DNA of 64,000 bases from Lama glama (lineage: Eukaryota), in NCBI GenBank assembly GCA_028534125.1, contig CM052817.1, positions 72,480,001-72,544,000 on the forward strand, read 5' to 3'. This document shows positions 63,206 to 64,000 of this stretch, piece by piece; within the stretch, counting starts at the first letter, position 1, and each line of letters opens with the position of its first letter. Under the pieces are notes generated by a model. It ran no database searches, was not told the origin of the DNA, and saw only the letters and a program-made list of their open reading frames with translations. Position numbers and translations under genes: made by a program.

Positions 63206-64000
63206 TGAGAAGGGAATATTTTTGTAACTTTGCATACTGGATAAAGAATCCAATTTTTTCCTTCAAAAGCCGAAGGGTCCTAAAAACTGTAAGTTATATA
63301 GTAATCCAAATTAAGAGAAATCTAAGAGAAAGAAAATTAAGAAAAAAAATATGTATACAGATTTCATGATATGTTTATCTCTGACTCTGAAAACAGACCA
63401 TCTCACCAGTCTTGCCTGAATGCCACATTCCACACTAGTTCTTTCTCTGTGTCTGCTTCGTAATCAGACAAAATAGAAGAGGTAGCACTGAGTTTATTAG
63501 AAGTGGGGGAAAACAACCATAAGTAATAATAAAATATTTAATATTTATTAATAGATAATTATGTGCATTATCTTAATGTTTTATCTGTGGAACTTACAGA
63601 TAAGGGTAAGAGGATGTATTTTGGCAGAAAGATCAGACTCAACCCAGAGATGAGATAGCAGATAGAAAGAACTTCATAGTCCTGTGTACCCAATGTTTGT
63701 GTACCTGGGAAAAGGGTAGTGATAAAACTAGATATGCAGGTTAAGGTCAATTTTTGGAGAACTCTCTTGATACCAGGCTAAAAAAAATTAAGTTTTATCT
63801 TAGAAAAATAAAATAGAGTCAGACTAGGTTTTCAGCAAAAGAGTCATATAATCATATATGAATTTTGAGGAAAAAATTAAGTTAGAAAGATAAAAAAATG
63901 GATTGGAGTTGGTGGCTCCAGAATAAACAAAAACAAAAATAAATCAAAAACTAAAATATAGCAAGATTACTCAAAAAGTTCAAAGAAGAAATGGAAGAAG

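Overview
Mammalian nuclear DNA, AT-rich and CpG-poor by inspection, that reads as intronic or intergenic sequence. I cannot support any intact protein-coding gene, RNA gene or CRISPR array. The recognisable ORFs in the track are decayed LINE-1 ORF2 fragments or their antisense frames; the rest look like chance ORFs. The repeat content is eutherian (MIR, L2, MLT1, MER5, MADE2, ERVL, old L1). The youngest L1 3'UTRs look like the camelid L1 family, and I see no Alu, B1, Bov-tA/BovB, PRE-1 or SINEC, so a camelid host is inferred but not proven. The best-supported unusual structure is a three-layer nest at about 26.2-29.3 kb: an ERVL pol relic split by an L1 with a twin-priming 5' inversion, itself split by a younger L1, with target-site duplications (TSDs) readable at both L1 levels. 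Also present are a second L1-in-L1 insertion, an 87-bp L1 tail insertion with a perfect 15-bp TSD, a solo LTR with intact promoter motifs, and a TE-poor stretch (about 33.4-48.3 kb) carrying CTCF, AP-1 and RFX-like motifs plus a few weak candidate exons. I found no evidence for a previously undescribed biological system. Repeat family names are from recall of consensus sequences and most repeat boundaries are approximate.
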